DNA of 32,000 nucleotides from Candidatus Saccharimonadota bacterium (GTDB lineage Bacteria; Pseudomonadota; Gammaproteobacteria; Burkholderiales; Burkholderiaceae), in contig NZ_OZ026462.1 in NCBI RefSeq assembly GCF_964019745.1, positions 300,001 through 332,000 of the forward strand, written 5' to 3'. Below the pieces are notes generated by a model. It searched no databases and was not told the DNA's origin. It saw nothing but the letters and a program-made list of their open reading frames with translations. Position numbers and translations under genes: made by a program. Of this stretch, positions 18,777 through 28,503 are shown one piece after another; within the stretch, counting starts at the first letter, position 1, and each line of letters opens with the position of its first letter.

Positions 18777-20141
18777 TTAAAAATTTTTTATATAATTTTC
18801 ATATTTTATAAATTTTCCTAAAAATGATAATTTAATATTTCCTATAGGACCATTTCTTTGTTTTGCTATAATAATTTCTGCTATTCCTTTATTTTTAGAA
18901 TTTAAATTATATAATTCATCTCTATATATAAATAATATTAAATCAGCATCTTGTTCTAAAGCTCCAGATTCTCGTAAATCAGACATAATTGGTCTTTTAT
19001 TTAAACGTTGTTCTAAAGATCTATTAAGTTGTGATAAAGCTACTATTGGACAATTTAATTCTTTTGCTAAATTTTTTAAACTTCTAGAAATTTCAGATAT
19101 TTCAGAGGCTCTATTTTCTTGATAATTTTGTCCAGACATTAATTGTAAATAATCAATAATTATTAAACCTAATTTTCCATATTTTCTTGCAATACGTCTT
19201 GATCTTAATTTTACATCCATAGAACTTAAAGATGGACTTTCATCAATATAAAATTTTATTTTTTTCATTTTTTTTATTGTATAAACTAAACGTTTCCAAT
19301 CTCCTTCTAATAATTGTCCAGTACGCAATCTTTGTTGTTCTAATTTACCTACAGAACTTAACATACGCATTGCTAATTGCGTTCCTCCCATTTCCATAGA
19401 AAAAACAACTACTGGTAAACCACTATTAATAGCAACATTTTCTCCTATATTAATAGAAAAAGCTGTTTTTCCCATAGAAGGACGACTGGCAATAATTATT
19501 AAATCTCCAGGTTGGAATCCTGATGTTATTTTATCTAAATCAATAAAACCAGTAGAAATTCCAGTTACATCTTTAAAATTTTTTTTTTTATATAATTTTT
19601 TTATTTGTTTAGCAACTTTATTTAATAAAGGTTGAATTTTTATAAATACTTGATTTTTTTGAAATTCCATATTTGATATAGAAAATATTTTAGATTCTGC
19701 TTCATCTAAAATATTTTTAATATTTTTTCCTTTAGGATTAAAAGCATTTTCTATAATATTATTAGAAACTATAATAAGTTTTCTTAAAATACTTCTTTCT
19801 TTAATTATTTTAGCATATTTTTTAAGATTAATTATTGAAGGTGTATTTTGAATTAAAGAATTTAAATAATTTAAACCATTTTTAGTATTAAAATTTCCTT
19901 GTTCTAACATTGATTCATATACAGTAATTACATCTGCAGATTTTGTTTCATTAATTAATTTAGAAATATGTTTAAAAATTATTCTATGATCATATTTATA
20001 AAAATGATTTTCATTAATATAACCATAAATATATTCCCAAGCTAAATTATTAATTAATAACCCACCTAAAATTGATTGTTCAGCTTCTATAGAATGTGGT
20101 AATACTCGTAAAAAATTTAATTTTAAATTAATATTTTTCAT
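18777..20141 (-). CDS. dnaB: Replicative DNA helicase DnaB
   Basis: This is a 454-aa ORF. It has the N-terminal motif PHSIEAEQSILGGLL, the Walker A motif ASRPSMGKTAF, the IIIDYLQLM motif, the SQLNRSLEQR motif, and the C-terminal motif AKQRNGP. There is no intein-sized insertion. Confidence 0.95.
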   Translation of the reverse strand: MKNINLKLNFLRVLPHSIEAEQSILGGLLINNLAWEYIYGYINENHFYKYDHRIIFKHISKLINETKSADVITVYESMLEQGNFNTKNGLNYLNSLIQNTPSIINLKKYAKIIKERSILRKLIIVSNNIIENAFNPKGKNIKNILDEAESKIFSISNMEFQKNQVFIKIQPLLNKVAKQIKKLYKKKNFKDVTGISTGFIDLDKITSGFQPGDLIIIASRPSMGKTAFSINIGENVAINSGLPVVVFSMEMGGTQLAMRMLSSVGKLEQQRLRTGQLLEGDWKRLVYTIKKMKKIKFYIDESPSLSSMDVKLRSRRIARKYGKLGLIIIDYLQLMSGQNYQENRASEISEISRSLKNLAKELNCPIVALSQLNRSLEQRLNKRPIMSDLRESGALEQDADLILFIYRDELYNLNSKNKGIAEIIIAKQRNGPIGNIKLSFLGKFIKYENYIKNF

Positions 20142-20192
20142 TAATATATTTCTAATATTATTTTATATATTTATATTTTAAATAAAATATTT

Positions 20193-20639
20193 TTATTTGT
20201 TAAAAACAAAAATTGATAAAATAGAATTTATATTAGAAAATAAATAAATAGGTATTTTATAATTTCCGATTTTTTTTATAAATTTATACGGTAATTTTAT
20301 TTGATCTTTTTCAATAAAAATTTTTTTTTTTCTTAATTCTAATAAAATATTATTTTTATTAATATAATTTAATAAATTTCCTTTAAATGAAGATTTTTTA
20401 TAAATTTTAATATTCAAATTTTTTATTTTTTCTGCTATTTTTTTATATTTTTTTTTTTTTTTTCTAATTATTTTTTTTATTTCTGATTTTTTTAATTTAT
20501 ATTTTATAATATTTATATTATTAGCAATACAAGCAATTTTTTTAGGAATTAAAAAGTTACGAGCATAACCATTTTTTACAGAAATAATATCTGTAAATTT
20601 TCCAAGATTATTAAATTGTTTTAATAAAATTATTTTCAT
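20193..20639 (-). CDS. rplI: 50S ribosomal protein L9
   Basis: This is a 148-aa ORF. The N-terminus is MKIILLKQFNNLGKFTDIISVKNGYARNFLIPKKIA. It sits in the conserved position between rpsR and dnaB. Confidence 0.85.
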   Translation of the reverse strand: MKIILLKQFNNLGKFTDIISVKNGYARNFLIPKKIACIANNINIIKYKLKKSEIKKIIRKKKKKYKKIAEKIKNLNIKIYKKSSFKGNLLNYINKNNILLELRKKKIFIEKDQIKLPYKFIKKIGNYKIPIYLFSNINSILSIFVFNK

Positions 20640-20650
20640 TTTTAAATTTT

Positions 20651-20935
20651 TTAATTAATTTTATAAAAATTAATATATGGTAATAAAGCTAAAAATCGCG
20701 CTCTTTTTATAGCAATATTTATTTGACGTTGAAAATTTGATTTAATATTAGTAAAACGTGCTGGTATTATTTCTCCAGATTCTTGTAAAAAATTTTTTAA
20801 AAAATTTAAATTTTTATAATCAATATATTTAACATCTGATTTAATAAATTTATATTTTTTTTTTTTTCTAAATAATAAATTTTGTTTTAAACGTTTTTGT
20901 TTAAATTTATTTTTTTTAAATTTTTTTATAAACAT
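20651..20935 (-). CDS. rpsR: 30S ribosomal protein S18
   Basis: This is a 94-aa ORF with the core sequence IDYKNLNFLKNFLQESGEIIPARFTNIKSNFQRQINIAIKRARFLALLPY. Confidence 0.88.
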   Translation of the reverse strand: MFIKKFKKNKFKQKRLKQNLLFRKKKKYKFIKSDVKYIDYKNLNFLKNFLQESGEIIPARFTNIKSNFQRQINIAIKRARFLALLPYINFYKIN

Positions 20936-20985
20936 TATTTAATATCCTTAAAAATTATTAATAATTTAATAAATTTAATTAAATA

Positions 20986-21333
20986 TTAATTATTTTTTAT
21001 TTTTTTTTTTTTTTCTAAATTTTTTATAAAAAATGATTTACTTAATGGTATATTTTTTATTTTAATTATTAAATATCTTAATACAATACTATTAAATTTT
21101 AAAAAATTTTCAATTTTAATTATTTTATTTTTATTAATTTTAATGTTTAAACAAATATAAAAAGCTTCTGAAAAATTTTTTATTTTATATGATAAAATAC
21201 GTTTCCCCCAATTTTCAATTCTATAAATTTTTCCATTATAATTAATAATTATTTTTTTACATTTATTTAAAATATTTAAAATTTTATTTTTTTTATTAAC
21301 ATTTAATATACAAATAATCTCATAATATTGCAT
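20986..21333 (-). CDS. rpsF: 30S ribosomal protein S6
   Basis: This is a 115-aa ORF. It has the MQYYEIICILN start (compare the MRHYEI consensus) and an ENWGKR block, and it lies upstream of rpsR. Confidence 0.78.
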   Translation of the reverse strand: MQYYEIICILNVNKKNKILNILNKCKKIIINYNGKIYRIENWGKRILSYKIKNFSEAFYICLNIKINKNKIIKIENFLKFNSIVLRYLIIKIKNIPLSKSFFIKNLEKKKKIKNN

Positions 21334-21929
21334 ATATTATTATATCCTATAAATTATAAAAATAAAAATATTTTTATATAATTAATTTATTAATGTTTAT
21401 TATATTTTTAAAAAATATATAAAATAATATTATTAAAAATTTTTTTAAAATTTAAATTTTTTTATTAAAAAATTTTTTAATTTTTTAATATTAAAAAAAT
21501 TTTTTTTTAAAAATTTTTAATAATAAAATTATGTTAAAAATACGATAAATAAATATTAAAATAAATAGCTATTAATTGATTATTATTAATAATATAATTA
21601 TTATATAATAATATATAAAAAAATTTTTATATAATTTTTTATATTTATAAAAAAATTTATTTTTAATAATTTATAAAATAAATTATAAAAATTTAAAAAA
21701 AATTAATTTTTAAAATATTTATTAATAAATATATTTTAAATATATTTATAAATTAAATAATATAAAAATTAAATATATTATAAATATAAATATTATTAAC
21801 ATTTAATATATTTTTATAATATATAAATTACTTTTAAAATTTTTATTAATATTTTTATATATAAATAAAAAATATTTTTTTTATTAAAAAATATATTTAT
21901 ATATAAAATATAAAATATATAATATATTT

Positions 21930-22598
21930 TTATATAAAAATATTTTTTATAGGCCATTTTTTTATAAATGCATATTTTTTTAATTTTTTATTAGGATTTA
22001 TAGCAATTGGATTACTAACAATACTTAATAAAGGAATATCACTTTGAGAATCTGAATAAAAATAACTTTTTTTAAAATTATAAATAGTTTTATTTTTTTT
22101 TTTTAACCAATTACTAACATTAATAATTTTTCCTATTCCATATGTTGGTTTATTTTTTAAATTTCCTGTAATAATACCTTTACTAGTTTTTTGAGGAATA
22201 GCAGCTATTAAATTTTTTATATTAAATAATTGAGAAATAGGTTTTGTAATAATTTCATTAGTAGCTGTAACAATTATTATTATATCTCCATAATTTATAT
22301 GTTTATTAATTAAATTTAAAGCTTCTTTTTTAATAGAAGGAATAATAATTTCTTCTATATAATTAGAAATTAATTCTTTTAATTCTAAATTAGAAAATTT
22401 AGAAAAAATATTAAAAATAAATTTTAAATATTTTTTAGCATTTAAATTACCTTTTAAATAACTTTGATACCAAAATTCATTAAATTTATGATAATCAATT
22501 ATATTTACAATATTTTTTTTAATTAAAAATTTTCCCCATTCATAATCAGAATCAACAGTAATTAAAGTTTTATCTAAATCAAATAAACATAAATTCAT
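21930..22598 (-). CDS. HAD-superfamily (subfamily IB-like) phosphatase, SerB-like. The substrate is unknown.
   Basis: This is a 222-aa ORF. HAD motif I is LFDLDKTL, motif II is VTATN, and the C-terminal acidic motif is YSDSQSDIPLL. I cannot assign a specific orthologue from the sequence alone. Confidence 0.55.
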   Translation of the reverse strand: MNLCLFDLDKTLITVDSDYEWGKFLIKKNIVNIIDYHKFNEFWYQSYLKGNLNAKKYLKFIFNIFSKFSNLELKELISNYIEEIIIPSIKKEALNLINKHINYGDIIIIVTATNEIITKPISQLFNIKNLIAAIPQKTSKGIITGNLKNKPTYGIGKIINVSNWLKKKNKTIYNFKKSYFYSDSQSDIPLLSIVSNPIAINPNKKLKKYAFIKKWPIKNIFI

Positions 22599-22654
22599 GA
22601 ATATTATTATTATAATAAAAATATTATTTATATAAATATATTTAATTAATATTA

Positions 22655-22704
22655 TTTTAATTTAAAATTAATATTTTTTTAAAAATATTAATTTTAAATT
22701 AAAA
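22655..22704. repeat. Perfect inverted repeat (hairpin) with 24-bp arms and a 2-nt centre
   Basis: Positions 22655-22678 (TTTTAATTTAAAATTAATATTTTT) are the exact reverse complement of 22681-22704 (AAAAATATTAATTTTAAATTAAAA). I checked this base by base. It lies 24 nt downstream of the rnc stop and 57 nt upstream of the HAD gene start on the minus strand. Confidence 0.9.
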
Positions 22705-22727
22705 AAAATATTTTTACATTAAAAATA

Positions 22728-23408
22728 TTATTTAAAAATTTTTTTTATTTTTTTAAAAGCAATTTTAGCAGCCTCCTGTTCACTATTTTGTTTATTTTTT
22801 CCTTTTCCATAAGTTTTAATATTTAAATCAGATATAAAACATTCTACATTAAATTTTAAACAATGAATTAAACCACTTATTTTTATTATTTTATAAGTAG
22901 GTAATAAATATTTATTTCTTTGTAAAAATTCTTGTAATTTTGTTTTAAAATCTTTATATAAAAAAAATTTTTTATTAAAATTTTTAATAAATAATTTATA
23001 TAAAAAAAATATAACTCTTTTTGTAGATAAAAAATTAGAATCTAAAAAAATAGCACCAAATAAAGCTTCTAAAGTATTTGATAAAACAGAAATTTTAAAT
23101 TTACCTCCTATTTGTATTTCACTTCCTCCAAGATATAAAAAATTTGCTAAATTTATTTTTAATGCTATTTTATATAAAGTTTTTTTATTTATTAAATATG
23201 ATCTAAAATAAGATAAACTACCTTCATTTTTTTCTTTAAATTTTTCAAATAAAAAATGAGTCATAACAAAATTTAAAATAGAATCTCCTAAAAATTCTAA
23301 ACGCTCATTATTAATAATATTGTAACTACTATGTATTAAAGATATTTTTAATAATTTAATATTTTTAAAAAAATATTTAATTCTATTTTGTAAAGTAAAT
23401 AAAAGCAT
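22728..23408 (-). CDS. rnc: Ribonuclease III
   Basis: This is a 226-aa ORF. It has the RNase III signature NERLEFLGDSILNFV, a second catalytic block SNTLEALFGAIFLD, and a C-terminal dsRBD ending in EQEAAKIAFKKI. Confidence 0.92.
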   Translation of the reverse strand: MLLFTLQNRIKYFFKNIKLLKISLIHSSYNIINNERLEFLGDSILNFVMTHFLFEKFKEKNEGSLSYFRSYLINKKTLYKIALKINLANFLYLGGSEIQIGGKFKISVLSNTLEALFGAIFLDSNFLSTKRVIFFLYKLFIKNFNKKFFLYKDFKTKLQEFLQRNKYLLPTYKIIKISGLIHCLKFNVECFISDLNIKTYGKGKNKQNSEQEAAKIAFKKIKKIFK

Positions 23409-23494
23409 TTTAAACTTAAAATATTCTTTATTATATAATAATATTTTTATTTATAAAATATTAATAAAAATTTATACAATTAAGTGTAAAAATA

Positions 23495-25282
23495 TTAATT
23501 TATTTTTAAAATAGATAAAAAAACTTCTTGAGGTATTTTTATTAAACCTATTTTTTTCATTTTTTTTTTTCCAATTTTCTGTTTTTCTAATAATTTATGT
23601 TTACGTGTAATATCACCACCATAGCATTTAGAAATTACATTTTTTCTTAAAGCTTTAATATTTTTTTTAAGAATTATTTTTTTTCCTATTGATGCTTGTA
23701 TAGAAATTTCAAACATTTGTTTTAACATTATTTTTTGAATTTTTTTTATTATTTTATTAGCTAAGAGATAACTTTTACTGCGATGAACCATAATAGATAA
23801 TGGATCAATTATATTTTTATTAATTAATATATCAACTTTTACTATATCAGATTTTTTATATTTTTTAAATTTATAATTCATAGAAGCATAACCATTAGTA
23901 ATAGATTTAATAATATTTATAAAATTAAAAATAATTTCAGACATAGGTATTTCATATATTAATTCAACATATTTATTATAATAAATAATATTTTTTTGAA
24001 TACCCCTTTTTTCAAAACATAATTTTATTATTAATCCAATATATTTTTTAGGAATATATAAATTTACTAAAGCTATAGGTTCCATAATATATTTTATTAA
24101 TAAAATATTAGGTATTTTTGTTGGATCATCAATTTTAATAATGGAATTATCTTTTTTAATAATTTTATATAATACTGTAGGTGCAGTAATAATTAAATTA
24201 ATATTAAATTCACGCATTAAACGTTCTTGTATTATTTCCATATGAAATAAACCTAAAAATCCACATCTAAAACCTAAACCTAAAATTTTTGAAAAAGTAG
24301 ATTTATATTTGAAAGATGAATCATTTAATTGAAGTTTTTTTAAAGATTCTTTAGCAATAGAATATTGATTTATATCAATAGGAAAAAAATTAGAAAATAC
24401 TTGATGTTGTATTTTTTTAAATCCAGGCAATTGTTTATTAGTTTTATTATTTAATAATGTTATTGTATCTCCAATTTTAGCAGAATTTAAATTTTTTATA
24501 TTAGCAATAATAAACCCAACATTTCCCGCAGTTAATTTTAAACAATTTTTAGAATTTGGTAAAAAAATTCCTAAATTTATAACAGTATAAATAGAATTTG
24601 TTGACATTAAAAGAATTTTATCTTTTAAATTTAAAATTCCATTAAAAATACGTACTAAAATTATAACACCAACATATTTATTAAACCAAGAATCAAATAT
24701 TAAAGCTTGTAAAGGAAAAGATAAATTACCATTTGGAGCAGGAATTTCTAAAACAATAGTTTCCAAAATATTTCTTATACCAAAACCAGTTTTTGCAGAA
24801 CAATGAATAAATTTTTCAGATTTAATATTTAAAATTTTTTCTATTTCTTTTTTAATTAAATCTAAATTTAAATATAATAAATCAATTTTATTTAATATAG
24901 GAATAATTTTTATTTTTAAATCTAAGGCCATATAATAATTAGATATAGTTTGTGCTTCTATTCCTTGAGAAGCATCTATAATAAGTAATGCTCCTTCACA
25001 TGCAGATAAAGATTTATTAACTTCATAATTAAAATCTGTATGTCCAGGAGTATCTATTAAATTAAAATTATAAATTTTATTATTTAAAGCTTTATATTTT
25101 AAAAATACCGTTTGTGCTTTAATTGTAATTCCTCTTTCTTTTTCAATATCCATTGAATCAAGAACTTGATTAAGAGAATTTTTTTTCATAGAAATATTAC
25201 AAAATTCTATTATACGATCTGCTAAAGTTGATTTACCATGATCTATATGAGCAATAATAGAAAAATTACGAATATTTTTCAT
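23495..25282 (-). CDS. lepA: Elongation factor 4 (LepA)
   Basis: This is a 595-aa ORF. It has IRNFSIIAHIDHGKSTLADR (G1), DTPGHTDF and NKIDL, plus the LepA-specific C-terminal domain ending in GKKKMKKIGLIKIPQEVF. Confidence 0.95.
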   Translation of the reverse strand: MKNIRNFSIIAHIDHGKSTLADRIIEFCNISMKKNSLNQVLDSMDIEKERGITIKAQTVFLKYKALNNKIYNFNLIDTPGHTDFNYEVNKSLSACEGALLIIDASQGIEAQTISNYYMALDLKIKIIPILNKIDLLYLNLDLIKKEIEKILNIKSEKFIHCSAKTGFGIRNILETIVLEIPAPNGNLSFPLQALIFDSWFNKYVGVIILVRIFNGILNLKDKILLMSTNSIYTVINLGIFLPNSKNCLKLTAGNVGFIIANIKNLNSAKIGDTITLLNNKTNKQLPGFKKIQHQVFSNFFPIDINQYSIAKESLKKLQLNDSSFKYKSTFSKILGLGFRCGFLGLFHMEIIQERLMREFNINLIITAPTVLYKIIKKDNSIIKIDDPTKIPNILLIKYIMEPIALVNLYIPKKYIGLIIKLCFEKRGIQKNIIYYNKYVELIYEIPMSEIIFNFINIIKSITNGYASMNYKFKKYKKSDIVKVDILINKNIIDPLSIMVHRSKSYLLANKIIKKIQKIMLKQMFEISIQASIGKKIILKKNIKALRKNVISKCYGGDITRKHKLLEKQKIGKKKMKKIGLIKIPQEVFLSILKIN

Positions 25283-25347
25283 TTTTTTTTAAATAATTTT
25301 TTTTATTTTATATAAAAATATAAATATTTTTTTAAAAAAAATAAAAA

Positions 25348-26583
25348 TTAAATTTTTTTAAAAATTAATGTTCCATTAACTCCTCCAAAACCCCAAGAAT
25401 TTTTCATAGCAAAATTTATTTTTAATTTACGAAATTTATTTGCGCAATAATCTAAATCACATTCTTTATCTTGAGAAAAAATATTAATAGTTGGAGGAGA
25501 AATTTGATAATATAAAGCTAAAACAGTAATAATAGATTCTATTCCTGCAGATGCCCCTAATAAATGTCCAGTCATAGACTTTGTAGAATTTATTATTATA
25601 TCATATGCATATTTTTTAAATACCATTTTAATAACATCAGTTTCTTTTTTATCTCCAATTTTTGTTGATGTTCCATGAGCATTAATATATTGAATATCAC
25701 ATGAATTTATATTTGCATCTAATAAAGCTAAATTAATAGAATTAACTAAACCTTCAATTTTAGGATTAGTAATATGAAAAGCATCATTAGTCATACCAAA
25801 GCCTAATAATTCTGCATAAATTTTAGCATTTCTTAATTTTGCATGTTCATATTCTTCTAAAATCATTACCCCAGAACCTTCACCTAAAACAAATCCATCT
25901 CTATTTTTATCCCAAGGACGAGAAGCTGTTTTATAATCATTATTACGTTTAGATAAAGCTCCAATTGAAAAAAAACTACTAATACATAAAGGAGTAATAC
26001 TAGCTTCTGATCCTCCAGCAATTATAATATCAGCATCTCCATATTGAATCATACGAAATGCTAAACCTATACAATGTAAAGCAGTAGTACAACCATTTGT
26101 TATTGATAAATTAGGTCCTTTAAATCCATATTTAATTGATAAATTTGCAGAAATCATATTTATAATAGAAGAAGTAATAAAAAATGGATTAATTTTATAA
26201 AAATTATTAAATAAAAAATTTTTATAAGTTTTTTCAAATATTGAAATCCCACCAAAACCTGAACCTATAATAATTCCTACACGATTTTTATCAATATTTA
26301 AAATATCTAAATTAGAATTTTTTATTGCTTGTATCCCAGAAGCTATACCAAAGTGCACAAATCTATCTATACATCTAGAATTTTTTACAGAAATATAATT
26401 ATTAATATTAAAATTTTTTACTTCACCTGCAAATTTTATAGGTATTAAAGAAGTATCAAATTTTTTTATAATATTTATACCAGATTTCCCTTTTTTAATA
26501 GAATTCCACATTTTTTTTACAGAATTACCTACTGGAGAAATACATCCTAAACCTGTTATAACTATTCTACGTTTTTTTAACAC
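25348..26583 (-). CDS. fabF: 3-oxoacyl-ACP synthase II
   Basis: This is a 411-aa ORF. It has RRIVITGLGCISPVGN, the active-site Cys context NGCTTALHC, the His-His pair (AHGTSTKIGD and TGHLLGASAG), and the C-terminal NSWGFGGVNGTLIF. It lies directly downstream of acpP. Confidence 0.88.
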   Translation of the reverse strand: MLKKRRIVITGLGCISPVGNSVKKMWNSIKKGKSGINIIKKFDTSLIPIKFAGEVKNFNINNYISVKNSRCIDRFVHFGIASGIQAIKNSNLDILNIDKNRVGIIIGSGFGGISIFEKTYKNFLFNNFYKINPFFITSSIINMISANLSIKYGFKGPNLSITNGCTTALHCIGLAFRMIQYGDADIIIAGGSEASITPLCISSFFSIGALSKRNNDYKTASRPWDKNRDGFVLGEGSGVMILEEYEHAKLRNAKIYAELLGFGMTNDAFHITNPKIEGLVNSINLALLDANINSCDIQYINAHGTSTKIGDKKETDVIKMVFKKYAYDIIINSTKSMTGHLLGASAGIESIITVLALYYQISPPTINIFSQDKECDLDYCANKFRKLKINFAMKNSWGFGGVNGTLIFKKI

Positions 26584-26845
26584 AATTTTTATTATTTTTT
26601 TTATATTTTTTTTTTAATTTTTTTTTAATAAATGAAATAACTTTTGAAGAAGTAGTTAATTCTTCAATATTTTTATCTGTAAAATAAACATCAAATTTAT
26701 TTTCAAAAGCCATAAATAATTCCATTATATCTAATGAATCAGCGCAATAATCTTGCGTAAAAATATAATTTATATTTATTCTATTTTTTAAATATTCAAA
26801 TTGATTAGCAACTATTTCTTTTACAATATCTTCAACATCTATCAT
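26567..26845 (-). CDS. acpP: Acyl carrier protein with a K-rich C-terminal extension
   Basis: This is a 92-aa ORF. The phosphopantetheine attachment motif is ADSLDIMELFMAFE (DSL). The canonical length is about 78 aa. The last roughly 14 residues (KKKYKKNNKNCVKKT) run 17 nt into fabF and end in TAG. Confidence 0.8.
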   Translation of the reverse strand: MIDVEDIVKEIVANQFEYLKNRININYIFTQDYCADSLDIMELFMAFENKFDVYFTDKNIEELTTSSKVISFIKKKLKKKYKKNNKNCVKKT

Positions 26846-27045
26846 AAATTTTTATAAAAAAAAAATTTTATTATATTAAAAATAATATTTTTGTTTAAAT
26901 ATTTTTAATAAAATAAAAAAATTAAAAAATATATATTTATTATTTTTTTTTAATATATTACATATATATAATATATAAATATATTATATAAAACATTTTA
27001 TAAAAAATAAATAAAAATATTTTTTATAAAATATAAATAAAAATA

Positions 27046-27228
27046 TTATTTTTTATTTTTTATACAAAAAATTCTTTTTTTTCTATAAAACCCTTTTTTT
27101 GAAATATGATGTCTAATATGTATTTCATTACTTATTTTATTTATAGATAAAGAATTAATTTTTAAATTATCATGTGAACGACGCATACCTCTTTTAGAAG
27201 GTGTTTTTTTATTTTGTTGTACTGCCAT
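27046..27228 (-). CDS. rpmF: 50S ribosomal protein L32
   Basis: This is a 60-aa ORF with the start [20 protein letters not shown], which is typical of L32. Confidence 0.88.
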   Translation of the reverse strand: MAVQQNKKTPSKRGMRRSHDNLKINSLSINKISNEIHIRHHISKKGFYRKKRIFCIKNKK

Positions 27229-28116
27229 ATAAACAATATATAAAAAATAAATTATTAAATAATTTTTAATTATTTAATAAATTTATATTATAATTAATAT
27301 AATATTATTAAAAATAATTTAATAATAATTTTATTTAAAAAATATCTAAAATATTATAAATAAATTTATTATTTATATAAATAATATTTAAATATATTTT
27401 TATAAAAAAATATAATATTAATATTATTATTATATTTATAAATTTAAATTTTAATTATTTATATTTTACAAAAATATTTTTTAAATTTAAATTGTTAAAA
27501 TATTTATTTATATTAATTAATTTATTTTAAATTTTATATTATAATAATTTATAATTAATTAAAATTATAATATTAATAATTAAAAATAAAATATTATATA
27601 ATATAATAATAAAAATATAATATAATATTATTTTTAAATATAAAAATAATATTTTAAATATTTAATTAAATTAATATTATAAATATTTTTATTAATTTTA
27701 AAAAATTTTATTATTATTAAATAATTATATTTTTTAAATTAAAATTATAATTTTTAATTATTAAAATAATATTTAATAATAATTATTTTAAATAATTTTT
27801 TATTTTTTTTTAAAATAAATAAATATTATTTATATTTAAAAATTTTATTTATTTAATAATAAAATTATATTTTATATAAAATTTTTAAAAAAAATATAAT
27901 ATTAAAATATATAAATATTATTTAATAAATTTTAAATTTTTTTAAAATTTAATATTATTTATTATAAAAAATAATTATTTAATATAATAAATTATTAATT
28001 TATTATTAATATAAATTTTATTTAAAATAATTATAAAAATTTTTTTAAAAAATATATATTTTATATAATATATTTTTTATATTTATTTTTAATAAAATTA
28101 AATAATTAATATAAAT
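27229..28116. other. An 888-bp divergent spacer (rpmF <-> cbiX) of almost pure A/T
   Basis: By my manual count there are only four G/C bases, at 27234, 27346, 27469 and 27494. There is no G or C at all from 27495 to 28116 (622 bp). The ORF track lists no ORF here. Confidence 0.9.
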
Positions 28117-28503
28117 ATGATAAATAATAATTTAAAAAAAAGTCTTATTTTATTATCACATGGTTCTAAAAACAAAAATTGGATAAAAATATTTAAAAAA
28201 ATAAAAAAAATAATAAAATTAAATATAAATACTATAAATATATATTTAGCTTTTTTAACAAAAACTAAACCAAATATTTATACTGTTATTAAAAATAATA
28301 TCAAATTAAAAATTAATAAAATAATAATTATTCCTATATTTCTTAGTAACGGTTTACATATTAAAAAAGATTTACCAAAAATAATCAAAAAAATTAAGAA
28401 AAAATATAGTTTAAATATTAAAATTTGTGATATAATTACAAAAGATAAAAAAATTTTATTAGCTATTGCAAAATATTGTATTAAAGAATATATTAAAAAT
28501 TAA
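28117..28503 (+). CDS. Small CbiX/SirB-type sirohydrochlorin chelatase
   Basis: This is a 128-aa ORF. It has LILLSHGSKNKNW (the catalytic His in an HGS context) and IIPIFLSNGLHIKKDLP (the second His block), which is the pattern of short CbiX(S) chelatases. It is adjacent to cobA and the cys genes. Apart from these two blocks, most of the ORF is K/I/N-rich low-complexity sequence. Confidence 0.6.
   Translation: MINNNLKKSLILLSHGSKNKNWIKIFKKIKKIIKLNINTINIYLAFLTKTKPNIYTVIKNNIKLKINKIIIIPIFLSNGLHIKKDLPKIIKKIKKKYSLNIKICDIITKDKKILLAIAKYCIKEYIKN

Noticed and set aside
27229-28116. A hidden decayed gene or small RNA in the 888-bp spacer, and likewise in 10680-11236 and 21334-21929.
   Set aside because: There is no ORF, and the GC content is essentially zero. 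Every structural RNA in the window stands out as a GC-rich island, and these spacers contain none. Nothing here can be supported from the sequence.
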